Below are positions 28,224 through 42,316 of a stretch of DNA of 64,000 bases, piece after piece (within the stretch, counting starts at the first letter, position 1; each line of letters begins with the position of its first letter). Source of the DNA: Styela clava (lineage: Eukaryota); the NCBI RefSeq assembly GCF_964204865.1, contig NC_135253.1:25172001-25236000 (forward strand), written 5' to 3'. Below the pieces are notes generated by a model, which had not been told where the DNA came from, ran no database searches, and saw only the letters and a list, made by a program, of their open reading frames with translations. Position numbers and translations under genes: made by a program.

Positions 28224-28432
28224 CTGGCATGGGCAAACTACAACCCGCGGGCCAAATCAGGCCCATTGGTTGATTCAATCTGGCCCGCCTGATGCTCTGA
28301 TGCTGCCACGATCAAACTAAAACCAAATTTTAATGAGGCTTATTGTTTTCCACTTTTGGTTTTGTAACACTGTAAATATTGTTCATAAAATGCAACTTTC
28401 TACGTCACACTCACATGGCGCACCTCTGGTCT
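28224..28432 (+). mobile_element. hAT family B partial copy
   Basis: CTGGCATGGGCAAACTACAACCCGCGGGCCAAATC... shares blocks with 29390-29689. Confidence 0.72.
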
Positions 28433-29389
28433 CGATCGTTCAAAAAAGTTTTACATTCACGATTTCCCCGTTCGTCATAATAATATTTTTGTTTATTTAA
28501 ATCTCTCAAAATATCCACAAGTGGGCGTCGAGAGATCTTGAAAAAGTAAAATCTGGAACGAAGCCGAATTCATCGTAACAGCCACGAGGTTTTAAAAATA
28601 ACTTTCCGATCTAAAATTATATGAGATTCGAATTAATCACATCACGATGTTTCGAGACAACGAGTATTTGTCACGCGATGACACGCAGAGCTCGAAATGA
28701 ACAATAAATTTTTTACTTTTTTCTACTTATTAGTAATCTCACGCTTTGAAAATAAACGTTGAATTGTTGTATTGTATCTTATAAGGTTTCCAAGCATAAC
28801 TATGTTTTTTATTTTTACTTTGTTCAATTTGTGATAAGATAGCCTAGTACGTCACGGGTAATTACTATCCTGTTATCTTCGCTGCGTAAAGATCTTGAAA
28901 CTGCTGGCTTTTTCGATTTCGAATTTTTCTTTTTCATCCCATATCGAGTTCGACACTTGTGTATTTCTTGTCACCAAGATTTTTTAGACCCAAATCAATA
29001 CACCACAGTAGAGATATGCAGCAAATGAGTTTCGGTATTTTCAGTTTCCAAAGTAAATTTGTCGTTTTCACCTAATTCATAATTTTCGGCGTCAGTGCGC
29101 CACTTTTCTTGGAGAAAAATAGCAAGTAATTTTAGCCAAATAGTAAAAAACCGAAACTGCAAAAAATTATTTTTTTTCTGTTCAAACAAGATGATGCGCA
29201 AAAATCGAATAGCTAAGTGCTTGGAATTGATCCAATCTTAAACGTTTGCCTTTTCGGTTTCTGAAACGAAATTGTGTGTTAGATCTAAATCCCGACTTCT
29301 CTTTTTTCTCTGAACTATGTGCAAGAAGCCATTGATAACTGAGAAATTACTAAACTTGCGGTATTTGTTGCTCTTACACTGTCTTAGCA

Positions 29390-29689
29390 CTGACATGGGC
29401 AAATTATGGCTCTCGGATCGAATCCGGCCCGTTAGGTAATTCAATCTGGCCCGCCTGATGCTGCCACAACCAAACTGAAATCTAATTTTGATGTTTCAGT
29501 TAAAAATGAATCAAGAAATTTGTTAAGATTGCGATTAAATTTAATCTTTTTTTTTGTTTTCCACTTTTGCTTTTGTAACACTGTAAATATTGTGCATAAA
29601 ATGTAACTTTTTACGTCACATTCACATGGCCCGCCAGTCTAGGCGGGCAAAATCTTTGGCCCGTGATTCGGAAACTTTGCCCATCTTTG
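29390..29689 (+). mobile_element. hAT family B near-full copy
   Basis: Termini ..CATGGGCAAA / TTTGCCCATC.., internal GGCCCG repeats typical of hAT subterminal sites. Confidence 0.75.
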
Positions 29690-31023
29690 GTATAGCAAGT
29701 ACGAATGCGTAGAGCGCACTTTGAGTGAAGTTGTGGACCCGACCCTAACTAACAGTTAATCAGACATAGATATTCTGAAATGTATTTAATTTATTAAAAA
29801 ATGCAACGTTGAGTTCACAAAGATGAAAAATATTCCGATTATAAATAATAAATATAGCTCATAATATTCAATATATTTAACAATTTGATACAAATGAAAT
29901 ATAAATTCTGTTATAGTGGTAAACTGTTTAATAATCTGGAACATATTTTATTTATAAAATGCTTTCGCATTTTTGCTCTACTAACACATTCGTAATTTCT
30001 ATTGTTTAATAAGCTAATTTTTTGTTCCAAAAAAACTTCAAGTTATTTTCATTTCAAAATTTGTTGGTTTGTTCAAAAAGTCACGACGATTAAAATATAT
30101 TCACCAAATCGATGAAACAATTTGAAGACGTGAAATTGTTTTTTGTATGATTCCAAATAAAGGTGTCATGCAGTATACAATTTTGATAAATTCAGGCGCA
30201 CTTGATATTCGGTATTCGAATTATAAGACTCACGGGGATTTGTTACAACAAGTATTCATTGCAAAACATTTTTTGGAAACTCATAGATCAGATTTCATAA
30301 GACCGCAAAAATTAAGCGTTCGCGCTAATAAACACATGAATATAGTACAGTGGTAATCAACTCTGGGTAAATAAGAAATAAATAAAGATAATAACTGTGC
30401 AGATAGTACGTATAATAAGTTATGTTTGAAAATAAAAGATGCATTAATGCTATATATGTGCCAGTGTGGCGTGGTTGTGGCAAAAGTTGCTGAGGAGGGG
30501 AGTTTCCCGCAATCGGTATAAATAGTCAATGTCAAATGGGATATTTTTATTTAAACTTTGTTCAACTTATTACCGCGTCAAATAAACACGTAATATTGGA
30601 TAAATACAAGTTTTTAAAAATACCAATTTTGAGATATTTTCCTAAATATTCTCTCCAAATAAGGCGGTTGTAATAAGTTTGGACTTGACGAGGAGGACCA
30701 AGTATCGGAGGCCGATACCCGATTCATATATCACAATGAAGCTAATAGGATTGGTTTTATGAGCCAATAGGTCAAATGAAAATAACTTTTTCAAAAAAAT
30801 ATATAAATTGGAGCGACTTTTTTTTTATAAGCGACCATGTAAGCATCTGCTTATGTCTGATATCACTCTGATTTAGAAAAATAATTGACAATATTTTGTA
30901 CAAATTCACGATGTCGGTTCGTTATATTGCTCATTGAAATTACTTCTACTTTAACCCATAAACCCGTATTCGCGTTATAAGTCATTATCGATGATAATTT
31001 AGGCGATCGCAGTTACGAATTTT

Positions 31024-33423
31024 TCATCTATTTTTCTTCAGTACGCAATATCCAGGTACAATAATATAGTCCCAACACTGCATGTCCGATGAGTTAGCAA
31101 TCGCAAAACAATTTTCTCTGTTATGATGGGCCATGTCAGCCTGTGTTGCTCTCACCCATGCACCATGCGGATAGCCAACCACCACACATTCCTCGTTGCC
31201 AGACCCTTGAGGAGGGTTCGAGAATCTGCACTCTATGTCTCTCGTGGCCTGAAAGATTAGATTGAAGTTTGATTAATGTGAAATATGAGTAATTTTACTG
31301 TTATTTTATATTAGTTTCATGAATGTTAAAAAGAATATGAGTTTGTCAATGCTTCTAGTCTTCATGAAGAATATTCAACATTTTATACGAATAATGAATG
31401 AAAATAATATAGAATTTATACATCAAGATATCTCTACTAATCTCTGGAAGTCTACTAGTTCCAATTCAATTATAGAGAATAAACCATTTTAGTAACTTTG
31501 CAGTAATTTGGATATCTTGCCCACAGCAGTAAATATACTCAACTGCTAAAATCGCATCTCGTATATTTTTCCTACTGTGATTTCTACTCGCTAAAGTCAG
31601 TATACGTTCTGTCACACTACATAAAACAAGCAAATATGCATTCAAAAAATGTTGTTGATGTCGCTAAGGCTTTAAATACTTACAAGTGCTTGATACAGAG
31701 TTACTTTCCGGTTCGCACTTCCTCTTGGAAAATATAAATATCCTTCGTTGATTCGTTCGGCCTTTAAAGAAAAATATTATATTAGTGTTGTAATGTGTCG
31801 ACTGGCTTGTACACAGAATGGCCCGAAGAGAAGATCTAAAACAGCGTTTCCTAACCAGTCGGTTGCGTTTACATTATTAGTTAATTGCATAGGGATACAT
31901 TGTTAATTTTCTCATACATGAACATTTCATTGTGGGTCGCACAGAAAAAAAAGGGCAATAAAAGTGGGTCGCAAACTAGTCGTTAGTAACTCTGTTATGC
32001 GCAAATCTTTTTACACATCATTAGTAACTCTTTTATCGCTCTCGCTTTTTTAAGTTGCTCAGAGCAAACGGTATTAAAATCTATATAGCTGATAACGCGA
32101 CAGTGGTATCTTGCAAATGTTCTATCAGAAATTGACAATTTTAACTTTTCTGTCAGTACTAATTCCACTTCAAAGTGAGATAATGCGGCCTTGATTTTAG
32201 AAAGAAAACTCAAATAAAAACGGGACACTTATCTTCGCAGTAATGCTTTTGTGAGGAATGAAACACTTACTGATTTTACAATTGTGCTGCAAGCTCCTAT
32301 ATCGCCAGTGATGGGAATCTTCTGCGATGAGATCAGAGCTCGAGCTGTTGGGGTCGAACTAGGACGTTTAGAAATGGCTGAATCAAGGCCGGGTGGGGGT
32401 ATAGCTTGTCTGAAGCCTAAAAATCTGGCCCCACTTCCGACTCTGGCTGTTGTTGTTGTTGTTGTTGCTCGTGTAGTGCTGGGGGGTGGAGGGGGAGTGT
32501 CGTCAAATTTAATCGAAATAACGTTTCTTATTTTTACTCCACGTCTCAACTGTAGAAGTCTCGATATGATTGAATTCCATACATGGGAATCGGCACTCGT
32601 TATCAAACCATTTCTCGCCTGTTAAATATTGAAACATAGTTAATTACTTATTTTTTATATTAACCTTTTGTGACTATTGATCCCTTTCCGGGGACTTTTA
32701 ACACTCATTCCCCCCTGTTTATCATTACAGTGGTTTTATTGCGTTATTTTGAATAGTAAATTCCAAATTATCTTATGATCAAACAATTTATGCATTCTAG
32801 CATTGTGGTCCCACTCTAACTGACCTGTGACCCCATTGCTGTGCGGGTGTATCCAGTTCGAATCCGAGTCTATGCAAACATTCAAAGTTCTTAATCATGG
32901 TGTGATATGTTAGATATTTCTTGGGAAGCAGATATTACAAGTGAAAAAAAGCCAAAAATAGCCCCAGTACGGTTGGTTCAAATTTCTTTCGTATAAACCA
33001 GTATCTGACTGGAGTTGCAATCCCGTAAAAACACACATTTTCGTGGGCCTAACCTATTGGCCAATCCCCAGTTCACTCCTACCGTTGAAACAATATGTAT
33101 TATTCGACTAATCATGTCAAATCTAAACTCTGTTCAATATTAGGAGTTTTTTGGAACCTTAACTTGTCGGAATATTCTGTAATTCATTTTTCTCCGAACG
33201 AATTTGCAACAAATAGTACATGAGCTTTCTCTAGCTCTGATCTCCCAACAAATATGAAAAACAAACAGCTACTCACCACCATGTTTATCGACTTAGGCGG
33301 ATCGATAGGAAATTTCGGCTGCGGGGTTGTCGGCCTTGGAATATTTTTGATCCCGACAACCTGAGGTGAAGGCGATGCTCGAACAAGTGACACAACCAGA
33401 AGTATATTTAGAAGGTGATTCAT
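31024..33423 (-). CDS. Secreted pre-pro-protein, 265 aa, with neurotrophin/Spaetzle-like six-Cys C-terminal domain (paralog 1); coding exons 33423-33277, 32618-32271, 31761-31684, 31248-31024
   Basis: Four exons joined by phase-0 GT-AG introns (gtgagt, gtaagt, gtaagt) give an uninterrupted ORF. It has a signal peptide MNHLLNILLVVSLVRA and a Pro/Thr-rich pro-region, then GDIGACSTIVKS-AERINEGYLYFPRGSANRKVTLYQAL-ATRDIECRFSNPPQGSGNEECVVVGYPHGAWVRATQADMAHHNRENCFAIANSSDMQCWDYIIVPGYCVLKKNR*. A paralog 7 kb away supports the model. The gene model is well supported; the family call is inference. Confidence 0.85.
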
Positions 33424-36400
33424 TTTCCCGCGCTTTTTATATCGTTTCGTTTGCGTAAGAGTTTCGATGTTTTCCCGCGCTTTTGTAGATAATTAATTCT
33501 AAGTTCTGTGACGTTAGTTTAGTAATATCTGAAACAAAAAATATTTATCAAATATACTATAAGAAAAAAGCAGCAATTTTACTTGTTTAATATCACGATT
33601 TCTTGCCAAGGTTAATGTGGCACTCGCAACACTATTACTTTTTATTTGAATTTTAAAAATCTCTTCTGTGGAAAATTATCGGGTCATAACGACAGCAGGT
33701 TTGATTTTTAAGACAGCCACATTAGTGCAGTGCCAATCAGGTGCGACGTTCATTATAAAGCCTTACTTATTCGCAATATATAAAGAAAACAATAACTCAA
33801 ACCAACATTTAATTCTACCTCTCCAGTATAGCTTGGTCAATATGCTAACAATAAGACAATTCAAATTTAGAATAAACCCAAGATGTAATATAGGCAACCT
33901 TGAAAGAAAGGTTATTTCAAATATAGTAGCTTTCTATGCACCAGTGGCTTTACAGGGTTCGAAGTGAAGCTCACCAAATCATTAAAATAAATCTCAAACA
34001 ATACTGCATACCTCTGCTCAATTCCATATAAAACTGTGAAACCAGAGAGAAAGAAACGGTATTTCAGTTACGCGTTACCTAAAATAATATCAGCCTTGCA
34101 AAAGCAACTCTCACTTCTCGCCACTGCACTAGATTCTCCCGTAATATGTGTACCAGGCCATAATTTTATTCCGATATTCCTTATTTTAGTTCTATTACAA
34201 GTTCGGGGACTGTCTGTGTTAGCCAAGTGAATATACCCCCTGCCCATAGGATTCAGTCCCTTTACACAACTTGATGTAAAATAGGTTACCGTGATAACGT
34301 AGGCGAACAAAATTAGTTACCTCCATATTGGTACACATACTTCTGAAGCGCCCTAGATTGAATTTTTATTCTTATGTTTTAGTCTCGCTAACATGCGTTA
34401 TTTATGCAAGTTATTATGAGTAATAACACTTTGGATTTTCAATTCGTGATTCAGAATTTTTTCTTTTGCAAACAAATTAATTTGAATTTTAAGTTTATGC
34501 AACAATTCAGAGATGGTTTCGATAAGACATAATAACCAGCTGTCACGTTCTGTGCCGAAATAAATTATTTTTGGAAAGCACTCGATGTCTCGTATTTCGT
34601 GGATTTCCGGTTAATCGGCGTGTCATATCTTTCGATCTAAGTATCATATAGCATAGAAATGAGTTTGGTTTTTATTCTACAGTTACTATTTCAAACCAAC
34701 AGTATAACCGTTATTAATATTTTTACCATTATTCTTCTAAACTACCATTGTACCGGGTAATTACAACATTGTTAAACGTTACCTTTCCAAATTACTGTTA
34801 TACCTGTTGTTATTAGTATTATTAACTATTACCCAAACTATCGTTATAACCGTTTTACTTTTATTCTTTTCAGCCGTTACCATTCAAACCATTCTTTTAA
34901 CCGTTTTACATTCATTTCTACCAACCGTTACTCTTGCAAACTATTTTTCTAACCGTTTTACTATTTTCCACTGGTATCGTTCCAAACTATCGGTATAACC
35001 GTTATATTGTTTTCATTTACTCTATCAAACCACCCGTAAAACGCTATTTTTCCAAGTACTGGTATAACGGTTAGTGATTTTCTCACTGTTACCCTTCCAG
35101 ACTATCCTGATATCTATGTGGAAATAATTCATGCGAACCGGAGTGAACCGGGTATAGTTTTGTTGCTCCTACCACCACAACCATTACCGAAAGTGCATAG
35201 GCATTAATAATTCATCATCAGTTTCACAAGGCAGACAAAACCTAATTATCCAAAGTAAATTCCATCGATTTATCAAAATCTAAAAATCTGACGTCATTTT
35301 AATGGTTTTATCCAACCCCGAAAAAATCGTAAAATTTTTTTTTCTGGAAATGAATGATAGTAAATTGATTATTTTACAATAACATGCATGACACATGCTC
35401 GCCCTGTTCTAGGGTCGCGGTTAACACAGACAAAAATTTTGCGTGCAAACGAGAGTTCACAACGTTACAATCTTTAATTCGTCGTCTTACATTACATCAC
35501 ACTGTTTTCATAGTTATTTTAAACATTGCACGAAATGACCCGAAAACACTGAATTTCTCGAGTAATTGGTGAGAAGCTAACAATATATGTATCGTTATTT
35601 TCTAATAATTGCCCTGGCCCAGTAGCATCTGCATCTCATTGACATTTTAACGAAAAACTGCTGGCACATTTAGCATTTCGATTTTAGGCCAAACATCATT
35701 GAAATTCTACATAATTACTGTCCAACATTCATTTTGATCGATTACATGTGATTGATGTTTGTCCGTATAATATGACTTGAGATCAATAGTTTTGCAGCAT
35801 TCTAAGGTAAACGCGTTCGTTTGCATTCTTAAAAAGTGTAAAAGCATTTTTGACTTTACTTCGATGCAACTGCGCACAAAAAAAGATTATTTCCACCAGT
35901 AATTTCCTTTTACTAGACAATTACATTAAGAATTGAACCTAGACACGGCTTATCGATGTATCTTCCATCCCTGGCAAATATTACTTATTTTTATGCGTTT
36001 AATTAAGCGATTGGCACTTTAATTTGTAATTTTCCGAACTCCAGACTGCGCAAGGGAAGGCCACACATGGCTGTAAATTTTGCGCTTTTTTAGTAAACAC
36101 TGACTTCTAACGAAAAAGTCCCGAAAATCTATATCGAAGTGTGCTTCTTACTTCTGAAAAAGCATGTCTTACCTTATTTCTATGTTCTGGCTCTGGAAAA
36201 ACATAACTTAAGCTTACTAAGTTATCACATTCGAACTTTTCACACAGGTCTGACTCCTAACGAAAAAGCCCCGAAAGTGTCTGCTCATAGTAACAACTTC
36301 CCCGCTTCCTTTCGACCGCATTGCCAACAATATACCAGTAGATATAGTAAGGTTTAGTCATGTTAGGTGTTATGTTACAGCCTGTCACAGGATGGCTCGC

Positions 36401-37808
36401 TTTTCATTAGTCATGGAGTCAAAATATAACTTTCACAGAATCTAATATGCGATTGATTATGCGAGATACGTCCAGATGGTTGAAGTTACGATTAATCATA
36501 TGCTATACTTCAAATCTTCGTTCCGAACAAGGCACTGGACAAGCGACACAAAATCTCATATGCAATCGATTACGTCTACCCCGATTTGATTTGAGTTTTT
36601 CAAGCACCCTTCTGACCAGAAAAAAGCCTTAAACAAGCAAAATATGTTATTCGTAGTTCTGCTGACCTATTCCTAGAATATATATTGCGATTCAAATCTG
36701 AAACTTTCTCCCCGCATTGCGTAGTTCCTTTACCGTTGGCTGTATATAAACAACCGCAAATCGTCTACATATCGCCTCGAGATCTCGCAAGCTTATTTTC
36801 ATTTGAGCAAGTTCAACTGTAATGAATAGGTATAACCTGAACCAACCGGCCAAGCATAAAATGAAGGATATAGAATCCATTATGATCGGTCCATGCTTGT
36901 CACATACCTGTCTCATTTGCTAGAATATGCAATAAAATTCATGAATGGCTATTGTTACACAGATTGTAAATTGTTTATTGCGTCATAATGAGCCGCAGGT
37001 AAGGTCGTACAAAGCGCGGGAAATGCCATCGTCGTTAGTAAATGTCATTTCATACTTGATGGAGAAGACGCGTGGGTTCAATATGGCCTCAATAAAGGTT
37101 ATATTAATGCATAATATCGTATTTGGCTTGCAAAAGATGTTTATTAATCTAGAATAGAAGGTAATTGAGTGATGCACGGAATTTTAATCAAAAAGCGTCA
37201 ATCGTTGCGAGTTCATTACTTTTTTATTTTTAACTTTTCCTTTGCGAAGTTAAAGTACCGATAAGAGGTTGCGATAAGTGGTTCAAAGGGGAACTTCGAT
37301 TCAATTTCTAAAAGTAGTGACAAAGATGTCTTATTTTACATTAGTTTTTGATATTCCGTTTCGACATTTCTTAATCCTTCTTCAAATTAACCATAGCACG
37401 AAATTTAAATATAGAGTTGGATGTTGACGTAGCGACACGAAAGGTCAAAGTTGCCGCAAATTGCGCTAGTTTCAATATTGCGCCACTATAATTATAATCA
37501 AACGAACAGTTGATCTGGGGTTGGTTACAGTGACGTCATCAATATAGACACGTCACTACTATTATGTAAATATGGTAAATTCCTGTGTCTTGAAATGTCT
37601 TTTCCTGAAGTATGATGCCATAGAGTTATAGTATGACGATACAATCAAACCAATGTGACGAATATAATGAAATATCAAATAACTTTATGTCGTGGATTTC
37701 TCATATTGTGACGCTCATTCTTACCGCGTACCATCGCCCATCTGGTTTAGACACTCCTCTTTCTCAAGTATAATTGACATATCTATACTTAAACAGCTCG
37801 TAATCATC

Positions 37809-37920
37809 GGCGCTCCGGATGTATTCGTACCAAAATGACGCACAACCTGAACAACTCAACCTGGTACACATACTATGTTCAGGTTGTGCGCCATCTTGGT
37901 ACGAATACTTCGGGAGCACC
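37809..37920. mobile_element. MITE family A copy
   Basis: Near-perfect hairpin; flanks TAATCATC/TTATCATC. Confidence 0.8.
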
Positions 37921-40900
37921 TTATCATCACCAGATGTATTGATGTTGAGCATAAATAACACACAACCGTCCTTACAAAAGCGATGTAACAAACATTCCGA
38001 ATTTCTAGACTAAAAAACTCCATCTTGGAATGATATATTGATGACACAAGTATATTGAAATTCGAAACGCGGGCAACTTTCATTGTTTTCTAGCAGCGGT
38101 TGTGCTTCCTTTTTCCCCAAAATCTCTGCTTATTCGCACCACTCATAATCTAAGTCGCCCTGACTAACATCACTGCAAGGATGTCAGTAATTTTCTGTCC
38201 TAAACTAAGCTATCATTCTAATTCAAAGGTTCAATTTTACTCAGTGTACCTGTGTGTATTACAATCTATATCTAAGATTTTAATCTTGAAGATCAGAAAA
38301 AAAGCTCAAATTTGTAGGTGGTTTCTTGTCGCTAATATGGCACGAATCGATTTGTTTGCCTAATAATAATAGACTCTGGTATTTTAATAATCTGTCTTTG
38401 TTTCCTGAGATATATAAAATCGATTTGTTTAAATGGAAATTTTAAGTTATTTAATCAGCTGCCGTCTAATCTTATGAGTTATACGCCCCCAGTGTTATGA
38501 TCTATTAGGTTCATTTTATATTTATAACCGACCGGAGCTGAATAGCCGAAACAATATCTGTGATCTCTGTGGATGCAATACACTGACTGACCCGCTCAAT
38601 ATCTACACCAATGAGCGAGCCTATTTAAAATGGGCATGGCAAAATGCTCCGTTTTTTACCTGTATCGTAGTCTTAAATGCTATAGCTAACTATGGTATAT
38701 CAGGGTGAAGGAAGAAGCGAAATAAACTTTGGTTATTGAGCAGCGATGTTAGAATTGAAAGCAAGAAGCCACTGAATTTAAACGAACAGAAATCTTTTGG
38801 GTTAGTTATTCCATGCACGCAATTTTTATACAAATGTGTTCAATAACACTTAACTACTAGGCCATAAATGACACTCTAGTTAAATCCAACTTACTACTCT
38901 CCGCTCAACATTGTACTCAATTCAAAACTAAACCCAATAACTATAAGCCAATTTCGTAAATTCTCAGTCGGATATTGTTCAACTACTGACTGAAACACGG
39001 TGTTCATCAGACATTTATAGATTTCGAACAACGCCGGTCTATAGCACCTGTGTTTCTGCGTCCCACGTATATGACGTCATAAAAAGTTTGGATACTGCTT
39101 TCTGCCTTACTATGATGTTAAATATGGAAACATTGCTCATAGTGATGTGGCAAATCAAGAGCCGATCTGGCGTATGTAAAAGGTGTATGCTTGTAATGTT
39201 AACGCGACGGTCTACATAGCGATTGGTTGGTTTCCCAACCGACTCCAAAGTATGCAATTTGCTTTGAGCAATAATTAGAATGAAAATCACCACTCAGTAG
39301 CAGAAACAGCATCATCATTCATTGCTACTACAATCAAGATTTACCAATAAAAATATGAATGGAACCAAATTTATCAAAAACTCTAAGAACTTTTAATGAA
39401 ACCTGAAAATGTTTCTGTAGCCAGTGGTGAGCCATGGCCCACTGGTTGCGAATCGGTGCACTGATACGACAATAAATTTAGTGAAGATTACCAATATCAT
39501 AGGTCACTACAAACAAAGAGTTTTATAAAGTCGTACCCTTGTTTTGATACAGGGCTTTGCAAAATGCTTAGCGGATCGAAGATATCTTTCAGGGGATAGA
39601 AAGATATTTATAAACAGAGTTTTTCAAATCAAACTTGATATATATGGTTTAAAGAAAATACACTATTGCAATCGATGGGTTTGCTCGCACTGTGTTGTTA
39701 GAATAAGTCACACCTCAATTTCCCGGGCTCGTGGTTTAAATGTAAAAATTTGTAAAATTAAGATGAGTTAGGAACCCTCAATGCGGCTATTCTTTCTATC
39801 CGTGCATCAACACAGACGCAAAAAGCAATAGTAAAGTACACGCTACTCTACCGTATTTTAAAAAATATTGCAAAACATTTAGGAATCGCCAACACGCTTG
39901 TTTCCACGAAACCGGCATATACAGCTGGATTCAACGCTCAACAAACGACGTAAGACGCGCAATTTGAGGTACTTGATGTAACGACACACGTGCACTTTCC
40001 ACCGACCTTTGCACATATCTTGTGCAGATGAATTGATACACTTTTCCTTATTTTGCCTTTATTTGGATTCTTTTCAAACTAGCTGTGCGTAAGACGTGTC
40101 ATAGGTGACAAACGGGGGAATTTCAAAGAGCAAGTTACAATGGCTACAAATCACCTGCTTGGGTCGCGAATTCTTTTGCATTGGACTTGTCCGTAATTGG
40201 TGGCTTGGCAATGCTAATATGGGAAATATCTCATCGCTGATGTAGAGATTCACAATGAGGTAATTTTCTAATTGTAATGGTTTAAAAATTGCCCACCATT
40301 TTTTAGACCCTCAAGACCGCGGCCTCTCTAGCTGTTACGGTCTAAACTGGAAATTAGTAATTTAAGAACCCTCCCTCCCCCCTTTTGAAAATTCATGGCT
40401 ACGCCTCTGTTTATACAAATTAAAAACAAACAACAGATCATAAATGGCGGGGCGATAATCGCATAGTATTAGAAATTGTCGCTTTATTTCTCCTGTTCAT
40501 ATTTTGCTTTGTCATTGTCGGACATTGACACAGGCCATGGTCATTTATAAATTCCAAAACGTTTCTTTCAAGTTATTCCATATATGTTCACTACTTTACG
40601 TTGCGTTATTCCACGTTTCTATGATTGTGATATCACCATGCGCGTGAAGTGACGCTCTGTGCGTCTGATGACAATTCCGACGTAGGCTGACTGATGTATA
40701 GTTGCGCTGTAGTAAGTGTGCTTCCTATCAGAGTGGAATTTACCAATTCAATCGCACTCAACAATACTCCGGAATCTGTCATGTACTATCGTTGTAGTTG
40801 AACAAATTCTTAGGATCTTAATTAAAGCTTATTTACTCCAGTATTCATCGCATTGAAGTTGCAAAATAAATAATTAAAATAAAAAAAAAATTGGGCAACA

Positions 40901-42316
40901 AAATATTTACCTAATATTGCATGTTAAATATTTTAACTGCGCGTTAAATAGTTTGATGCAATTTTTGATAGTAAAATCTCAGCGAGTCATTGAAAAAGTC
41001 GATTATTATTTTAGTTTTGGAAAGAAGTTATTACACTGCTCAATAACACTTATAGATCAGTGACTCTTTGACCCGTAACTTGCGTCAAATTTTCACGTGA
41101 GTTCGTACGTTTTGCAACCCATTACGTTGACAGAGAATGAATGCATGGACGTAAAATATGAATATCTTAGTCATGTTTCAACATTAGAATGCCAAATAAA
41201 GTCAAAGATTCGGTTGAGTCGGCTGAGTTTTGAATGCTATTGCAATAAATTTCATTCACGACCGCATCGATTTTCCTTAACCGCATTCACTTGAATTGGA
41301 GAACGCCTTCGACCGAAGTCTTGGGGTTTTGCTTTGATTAAAAAAAGGAATATAATTTCACGTGGTCGTATGCATTTCATCTATCAGTATTTTTCCTTAT
41401 ATTTCGGAATGTTCCCGCAAATCAGATTGAAGAACTTTATTTTAAATAAACTCATGCCGTTGTTCTTACTCTTTTAGCTGAAGGTTTGGAAACTTATTTG
41501 GATTAATTACCACTTAGTGGCGTATCTAGGGTATGGCTTGTACCATGGGCGTTGTTTGAAAAAGTGCGCAACAAAGAGAAAAGTTTAATGTTTCATAAGC
41601 TAATGTTAAATTGGAAATATTTGCAACTCGTATTTTTACTTGAATATTAACGTACAAGTATCTCAATTCAGCACCAGTCTGTAAAAATTTTCAGTCAACT
41701 ATCAAAGGGGCGCGTTTTAAACTTTGCAATGGACACCATTTTTCGTAGATACGATATTGCTCCCACGCAACAAATGTCTTAGGCAAGTTTGCTGGCTTGT
41801 ATTGCAAGATCAATGCTTAGGAATAATGTTTTTGCACAATCATTTTTTTTTGTTTCAAACCGACCGGGAAAGCATGATACATGATATTCCAACAATGTTA
41901 CATCAAATAGTACGAGTTATTTTCCCTCCAAATTTGCACAAAACTCATGGAACGTGTTTTGCGCGGATGGAATTTTCTGGTAAAGGTTAAAATATTCCAT
42001 TCAATGAACCCGAAACTGCCGGGGTCAGGAACAACAAATTTGATTATAAAATGGTTCCATTTGTACATTCTAAAATATAATTTTAATACTTATAAAATTT
42101 CTGAGAAATGTTGAAATCTCATCATATATAATTAAGATTATTTTCTCGTTCATTTTTGCATAAATTTTAATTTTATGTCGTCACAGATGATTTGCAATTA
42201 GCATTATTGTGATTACACAAAGCGGATGTTTGTATTATTTCGATATCCATTATGACTCAGCTCATTCCAACATGCCTCATCACATTTTTGAATTAAGAAT
42301 AGCCTGTTCCTACGTC

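Noticed and set aside
31024-31761. C-type lectin interpretation of the Cys-rich domain
   Set aside because: No WIGL, EPN/QPD or WND motifs; Cys spacing fits a cystine-knot-cytokine-like pattern better.
32251-32625. 124-aa + strand ORF with poly-Val/Gly
   Set aside because: Antisense shadow of the Pro/Thr-rich exon of paralog 1.
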